Source of the DNA: the human T2T-CHM13v2.0 reference genome, Homo sapiens
Assembly (NCBI RefSeq): GCF_009914755.1
Contig: NC_060947.1
Length of the DNA stretch: 64,000 nt
Direction: 5' to 3' (one strand)
Shown in pieces: positions 55,908 to 64,000 of the stretch; positions within the stretch are counted from its first letter, which is position 1, and each line of letters begins with the position of its first letter. The notes below the pieces were generated by a model. The model was given only the letters and a program-made list of their open reading frames with translations, was not told the origin of the DNA and did no database searches. A program made the position numbers and the translations under genes.

Positions 55908-56433
55908 ACCTAAAAGAACATAAAGCAGTACTGGTAGGGGAGGCAGGCGGGGCAAGTTTAGCATGCATTTACCTATTTATTGCTGAGATTAGAATATTCA
56001 CCATACTTGGGTTATTTATTTATTGTCTTAAGATTCACAGTAACATCCACAAACTATATGTTACTATTCCTATTTTACAAATAAATAAATTGAAGCTCAG
56101 AAAGGCTAAATAATTTTCTAAGATCAAGCAAGGATCAGGATTTAGATCGAAATATTCCTGATTCTAAGCTTACTCTGTTGCCACTACGCCAAGCTGTTTT
56201 CCTTCTATTGAACCGTTTAGGGTGTAAATAACAGATATTAAGGCATATCAAGCATTTATTATGCACTAAAAACAGTTGAACTTTAAATGTATTAACTTAT
56301 TTAATCATTCCAACAGGCGGGTACCCATATACACCCTATTTTAGAACATAGGGAAACAGAGACCCAAAGAACTTCTCAAGGACACAGCTAGTAACTATGG
56401 TGCTAAGATTTTAGCCCAAGAGGAATGGCTTCA

Positions 56434-56868
<435 letters not shown>

Positions 56869-59396
56869 TCAATGCTTGAAACAAATACTTTTGCCTATTT
56901 GCATCCAAAATGTCATATGATCAAAAGATCTTGGTTTATTTGTTTCATTTCCTCGAGGAGAGACAAAATCATGTGTGGAAAAACCTTAAGTGTGTGGAAA
57001 TTTTAGCAAGAAGTTAATTCACAGAAATCACTAAGAATAGATTCCTAAAAGGGGTGTAGTTCAGTTTACATTTTCAGATTTTGAGATCAGGATGTCGTGG
57101 TCAAGTCTGCAGATGGGAAAGGAATGTGGTCTATGTCACACTGAGCATATGACAGACACCCATCAAAGAACACACCTGCTCCTGGAGAAGACCAGGGCAC
57201 CGGAAAAATCATGGATCTGACAATAAAACCATTTCCTTCATTTGCCATCACAATAATTAGTCGTCTTGGGGTGTATTTCCTTTTTCTAAAAATAATGGTA
57301 GTGGTGTTGTTACTCAATCTTCTAAAATGGGTTTGTGTGTTAACTTCCAAGACAAGAGCTCCTTTTCCTAAATGGAACTCCATTTCTTCAGCCAATGCAA
57401 GACTCCTTATCTAGAAAGAAAGGTTATTCATGTTTACTTATGAAAAAGCACACAAAGGCAAACAACTTGGTCCTTCCTGTGTGCTCAGAAATTGCCTCCC
57501 TCTGGATCATGCTGGGGTTGGGAAATAGAAGTTCTTCCCTCATCACCTCCCTGTCCCTAACTGTACACCCTGCTGTGGACTCTGACTCTGTTTCCCTGCC
57601 ACATCTACATCTTTTCTCAGTCTTACTTCCTGAGTCCTGATGGCTCCTTCTTGGCTTTCCCAGGTAAAATTAAGGCGAAGGGGCTCTGCAAGAAGGGAAG
57701 GGGCTTTGGGGACAGGAAAACCCTCCCTCAGTGGGCAACAGCATCTACCAGCAAGAAAAAAAAAAAAAAGAGAAGTGAAAATCCTGTTTTGTAACTAAGG
57801 GCTCCAAGCGTTTTAACTGCTGCTGCTTCTTCTCTCTCTCTCTTTCCACTTACCCTCTTCCGCCCACTCTAAGGTTTCAGTCTCTACTCATTCCATCTAA
57901 GAACTCCCCAGTGATATAAGTGAAAAAGAAAGGGACAACCAACCTGTCCTTTCCACAGGAACCCTCATTTCCCCAGGCTCATCCACTCCCTCATGCCTAC
58001 TCCAGCCCCTCAGGCCCAAACCTAATATGGACTTCTCCCTGCTCAGGCCTTCCCACTGTCTATTTGAGTCTCTGTTTCCTAACTCTAGAACTCCAGTCTC
58101 TGCCCAGATGGACTCCACTGGAAGCTTGGAACTAAAGGATGTACTCTGCCAGTTAGAGCTGCCTCAAGGGGTCAGGAATCTCTGAAGACATTTCCCCTAC
58201 GAGCATTGCTACACTTATTGGTTCTCATCCATAGTTTTCTTAGCATAGACTCCACTTGCACTCTGCTTAAGTTAGTTTTTCTGGTACCTTAGAAACCTAA
58301 CTACGTTTTTATCCACTCACTCATTCGACACATATTTTTTCTGAAGACAGAGATTCTCCTAAGGACTATTTTAGGCATTGTACAAAACAAAACCTCTACT
58401 TTCATGAAGAAGACCAATCCTAGATCCAAGTCGAAGACTGTCACTGGAGGAAAGCAGAAATCCCCACCCCAACTCAAGAATTATTACACAAAGGATAACC
58501 TGAGCCCCTCGGAAGGTTAGCAGAAGGCCATTCCCTTAGAAAGCAGGGAGTGGCTGTTAATTCTCCAAGATTTTCCACCTCTAGGCAAAGAACAGAGAAG
58601 GATTTGTGAAAAGCCAGTGCTCCAACACAGCACTGTGATAGGAAAGATATTGAATGAGGATTCTGGATTCCCTAGGAGAGTCTCAGGGGAGGAGAGGTTG
58701 AGTCCTTCCTGGCCTCTATATCAGCCATGGTGAAGAAGCCACCTCAAGCAAGGCCAGAGAAAACAGGCCCCAGACTGGCCTTGAGAGTCGCCTCACATCA
58801 GGGCAGCCCTGCTGTGGAGAGAACTGCAAGAGGCAGGAGAATCAAGTAGGACAGAAACTAAGATAGGCTACAAGGATGTACTGTGAAGCATAAACTGGGG
58901 ATGGCAGCTAGGCAGAAATATCCTCTGTCCACATATACAGAGTAGAACAAAATCAGGGATTCTTAAGGATTTCAATAGTTCTTGCTCATTCTCCATAAAT
59001 TTCTTTCCCTTCCTATCTCTAGTGGCTGACCTCAGCCACTCCTGTTTTTCCCAGTCTATCCTCCCAGCTAGAACTGAGCAATGCCATCCCCACCATTTCC
59101 CAGCTCTAGCCAGTCCCCTACCACCCACTGCATACCTCTTGTTCTTTGCCTAACTGCTGTTCTCTGTGCCTCGTGACATTAGGGGTTCTGAGTGTCATTT
59201 AAAATATATTTCCTTCTCTTTGTTTGTTTTAATTAGTCTCACTCAAAAAAAGATGTCTTTCACTTTAATAGTTTTTGCCACCTAGAGAAAACATTGGAAA
59301 TTTCAGTGAGCTGAAATGTAATAGATCTCCAAGATCTAGTATAAGAAAAAAATAAGGTGTTAAATAATGTTTGGAGTCTGCTATTCATTTATGTGG

Positions 59397-60022
<626 letters not shown>

Positions 60023-61242
60023 TTTATATATTTCTTACATGGGATATATATCCCACATAAGTGAATATATGAAATATACACATATATGAAATATATATTA
60101 TATTAATAATTATATTATATTATTAATATAATGTATATAACAGATTATATGTTATATATATTTATAGTTCTAAATACATTATCTCTGGGAAGGTATGCAA
60201 AAAGAGAGTAAATATTTCAAAAATAAAATTATAGTGTGAGAGAAAAGCTATTTTCTACTCAATATTATAAAAAGATTACTAAGAAAAATGTTTGTCTTCA
60301 TAAGGGTAGCCACCAAAATTTAACAGTGGTTATCTTCAAAAGATGATATTTGGGAAAAATTTTTCTCCCTCTCCATTTTTGCTTATTTGAGGTTTCTACT
60401 TTTATAATAAATATGTTTTATTTGTATATTTAAAATAAAGTGGAGGGAACATTCACTCAACAGAGCAGGAACCCACACAGCCATCTGCATGGAAGGAAAT
60501 GAAGTCTTGTCTAGGGCAGCAGAGTCCCCGGCCGCAGCACCTTCCTCCTAGAGCTTCTGGCTGATCTGCTGGCCAGGATACCTCCTACCTCCTTGAGGAA
60601 GACCGGCCTCGTCCAGGTCAGGAGTAAGGGGCCTGAGGAAAGGCCTGCCACCTGGGTTCTGCAGCCACACTCCTCTTATCCTGTGGCTCCTGTGGCTTGA
60701 GCTCTCACAGAAACCTCCAGGGCTGAGTCCCTTCCTTGACGACAGGCCCCACCCCATTCCCGGCCTGGGGCCCTCAACCTAGATGCCCCCTCCAGGAAGG
60801 ACCCCCAACCACACAAGCACACAAGCTCACAATCACACAGGCACAGGGGATGTGCCCGCTCACAGAAGCCCCACGACCTGAGATCTTCCGGGACTGTGGC
60901 CAAACCCCTTCGTCCTCAGAGACCTTTGCCTCCTCCTGCCCCTCAGGCTCTCAAGACTCTGCTCTGAACCTTGGCACCCCTGGAACCGCTTCATTTTTTG
61001 GAGCCTCCCCCACGTGGCAGGGCTGATCAGTGCATGGGTAGTGTGACCTAAGCCTGACGACGACTAGAGATTCAAGAAGGCCTCCTAAAAAGAAAATGAA
61101 CCAACTCTTCCAAAGGGACTGGAGGTCCCAAGCTACCCAGGAGGGGAAGTGATCCCAGCTTTGATGTATTTTAGGGACTGCACACTTGATGTTGCCCAGT
61201 GTCTGCTGTCCAGGAGGAAGGCAGATCGATGGCCAAGTGCTC

Positions 61243-61359
61243 GAGAGACAGGATCTCACTACTTGCCCAAGCTCGTCTTGAACTCCTGGCTTCAAGCAAT
61301 TCTCCCATCTTGGCCTCCCAAAGTATTGGGATTACAGATGTGAGCCACTGTGGCCGGCC
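61243..61359 (-). mobile_element. FLAM / Alu left monomer
   Basis: Monomer sequence. Confidence 0.75.
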
Positions 61360-61510
61360 AGGCTCTGCGTTTCTTTTTTAAATTTTTATGAGAGGGCAGT
61401 CTACCGGTGACCTCTGAGAACTAGAACTAAAAGGTTATGCAAACTCACAGGAAGGGCAACTTAGCTCATGTGCCAGTTGAAGCTGTAAGGAAGCCAACTG
61501 GATGAAGGTG

Positions 61511-61564
61511 TGTCTTAGTCCCTTTGGACTCTACTATAACAAAATACTTTAGAACGGGTTATTT
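61511..61564 (-). mobile_element. Terminal piece of an MST-like LTR interrupted by the SVA
   Basis: TGTCTTAGTCC...CTATAACAAAATAC...GGGTTATTT matches an MST LTR terminus. Confidence 0.6.
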
Positions 61565-63988
61565 TCCCCACGGTCTCCCTCTCATGCGGAGCCGAAGCTG
61601 GACTGTACTGCTGCCATCTTGGCTCACTGCAACCTCCCTGCCTGATTCTCCTGCCTCAGCCTGCCGAGTGCCTGCAATTGCAGGCACGCGCCGCCACGCC
61701 TGACTGGTTTTGGTGGAGACGGGGTTTCGCTGTGTTGGCCGGGCAGTCTCCAGCCCCTAACCGCGAGTGATCCGCCAGCCTTGGCCTCCCGAGGTGCCGG
61801 GATTGCAGACGGAGTCTCGTTCACTCAGTGCTCAATGGTGCCCAGGCTGGAGTGCAGTGGCGTGATCTCGGCTCACTACAACCTACACCTCCCAGCCGCC
61901 TGCCTTGGCCTCCCAAAGTGCCGAGATTGCAGCCTCTGCCCGGCCGCCACGCCGTCTGGGAAGTGAGGAGTGTCTCTGCCTGGCCGCCCATCGTCTGGGA
62001 TGAGAGGAGCCCCTCTGCCTGGCTGCCCAGTCTGGAAAGTGAGGAGCGTCTCCGCCCGGCCGCCATCCCATCTAGGAAGTGAGGAGCGCCTCTTCCCAGC
62101 CGCCATCACATCTAGGAAGTGAGGAGCGTCTCTGCCCGGCCGCCCATCGTCTGAGATGTGGGGAGCACCTCTGCCCCGCCGCCCCCTCTGGGACGTGAGG
62201 AGCGCCTCTGCCCGGCCGAGACCCCGTCTGGGAGGTGAGGAGCGTCTCTGCCCGGCCGCCCCATCTGAGAAGTGAGGAGACCCTCTGCCTGGCAACCACC
62301 CCGTCTGAGAAGTGAGGAGCCTCTCCGCCCGGCAGCTGCCCCGTCTGAGAAGTGAGGAGCCTCTCCGCCCGGCAGCCACCCCATCTGGGAAGTGAGGAGC
62401 GTCTCCGCCCGGCAGCCACCCCGTCCGGGAGGGAGGTGGGGGGGGTCAGCCCCCCGCCCGGCCAGCCGCCCCATCCGGGAGGGAGGTGGGGGGTCAGCCC
62501 CCCCGCCCGGCCAGCCATGCCATCCGGGAGGGAGGTGGGGGGTTCAGCCCCCCGCCTGGCCAGCCGTGCCGTCCGGGAGGGAGGTGGGGGGTTCAGCCCC
62601 CGCCCGGCCAGCCGCCCCGTCCGGGAGGTGAGGGGCGCCTCTGCCCGGCCGCCCCTACTGGGAAGTGAGGAGCCCCTCAGCCCGGCCAGCCACCCCGTCC
62701 GGGAGGGAGATGGGGGGTCAGCCCCCCCACCCGGCCAGCCGCCCCGTCCGGGAGGGAGGTGGGGGGGTCAGCCCCCCGCCTGGCCAGCCGCCCCGTCTGG
62801 GAGGGAGGTGGGGGGGTCAGCCTCCGCCCGGCCAGCCGCCCCGTCTGGGAGGTGAGGGGCGCCTCTGCCCGGCCGCCCCTACTGGGAAGTGAGGAGCCCC
62901 TCTGCCCGGCCAGCCGCCCCGTCCGGGAGGGAGGTGGGGGGGGTCAGCCCCCCTGCCCGGCCAGCCACCCCGTCCGGGAGGTGAGGGGCGCCTCTGCCCG
63001 GCCGCCCCTACTAGGAAGTGAGGAGCCCCTCTGCCCGGCCAGCCGCCCCGTCCGGGAGGGAGGTGGGGGGGTCAGCGCCCCGCCCGGCCAGCCGCCCCGT
63101 CCGGGAGGGAGGTGGGGGGGGTCAGCCCCCCGCCCGGCCAGCCGCCCCGTCCGGGAGGGAGGTGGGGGGGGTCAGCCCCCCTGCCCAGCCAGCCGCCCCG
63201 TCCGGGAGGTGAGGGGCGCCTCTGCCCGGCCGCCCCTACTGGGAAGTGAGGAGCCCCTCTGCCCGGCCAGCCGCCCCGTCCGGGAGGGAGGTGGGGGGGG
63301 TCAGCCCCCCGCCCGGCCAGCCGCCCCATCCGGGAGGGAGGTGGGGGGGGTCAGCCCCCCGCCCGGCCAGCCGCCTGGTCCGCGAGGTGAGGGGCGCCTC
63401 TGCCCGGCCGCCCCTACTGGGAAGTGAGGAGCCCCTCTGCCCGGCCACCACCCCGTCTGGGAGGTGTGCCCAACAGCTCATTGAGAACGGGCCAGGATGA
63501 CAATGGCGGCTTTGTGGAATAGAAAGGCGGGAAAGGTGGGGAAAAGATTGAGAAATCGGATGGTTGCCGTGTCTGTGTAGAAAGAAGTAGACATGGGAGA
63601 CTTTTCATTTTGTTCTGCACTAAGAAAAATTCTTCTGCCTTGGGATCCTGTTGATCTGTGACCTTACCCCCAACCCTGTGCTCTCTGAAACATGTGCTGT
63701 GTCCACTCAGGGTTAAATGGATTAAGGGCAGTGCAAGATGTGCTTTGTTAAACAGATGCTTGAAGGCAGCATGCTCCTTAAGAGTCATCACCAATCCCTA
63801 ATCTCAAGTAATCAGGGACACAAACACTGCGGAAGGCCGCAGGGTCCTCTGCCTAGGAAAACCAGAGACCTTTGTTCACTTGTTTATCTGCTGACCTTCC
63901 CTCCACTATTGTCCCATGACCCTGCCAAATCCCCCTCTGTGAGAAACACCCAAGAATTATCAATAAAAAAATAAATTTAAAAAAAAAA
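61565..63988 (+). mobile_element. SVA (SVA_F-like) lacking the CCCTCT hexamer: Alu-like ~61565-61935, GC-rich VNTR ~61935-63465, SINE-R ~63466-63960, AATAAA 63962, A-tail
   Basis: Canonical domain order; F-type features from recall (ctgactggttttggtggagac deletion, ggcggctttgtggaatagaaaggcggg, caagtaatcagggac). Confidence 0.93.
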
Positions 63989-64000
63989 TAAATAAAGTAG

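Noticed and set aside
57087-57414. 102-aa minus ORF and a possible + strand terminal exon (acceptor 57077, AATAAA ~57222)
   Set aside because: Non-ATG start, no recognisable homology, and no supporting upstream exon; signals at chance level.
61935-63465. Regular repeat array that could suggest CRISPR
   Set aside because: SVA VNTR units without unique spacers, in a eukaryotic context.
61624-63974. Many overlapping Pro/Gly/Arg-rich ORFs
   Set aside because: Translations of the SVA Alu-like, VNTR and SINE-R domains.

Overview
Primate (almost certainly human) genomic DNA, mostly interspersed repeats (Alu, L1, L2/MIR, MaLR/ERVL LTRs, DNA transposons, one SVA). It holds one protein-coding gene: TASL (CXorf21, Xp21), the SLC15A4-binding, pLxIS-motif adaptor that links endosomal TLR7/8/9 to IRF5. 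TASL is on the minus strand with its whole 301-aa CDS in the last exon (19471-20376). Two upstream non-coding exons (~37678-37800 and 36792-36906) and a TATA/NF-kB/PU.1/IRF-type promoter can be inferred from splice and motif signals. Recognisable elements include a near-full-length Hsmar1, a twin-primed (5'-inverted) L1PA, a complete two-LTR MST element, a THE1 solo LTR, an AluYa5 and a 5'-truncated SVA_F-like insertion. The most interesting unexplained structure: a 24-codon uORF created by the exon1/exon2 splice, two independent local inverted duplications (intron 2 and ~5 kb upstream), a perfect 17-bp hairpin cluster beside the AluYa5, and a candidate distal IRF/ETS enhancer. Nearly all other ORFs in the track come from repeats. 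Repeat subfamily calls and boundaries were made by eye and are approximate.
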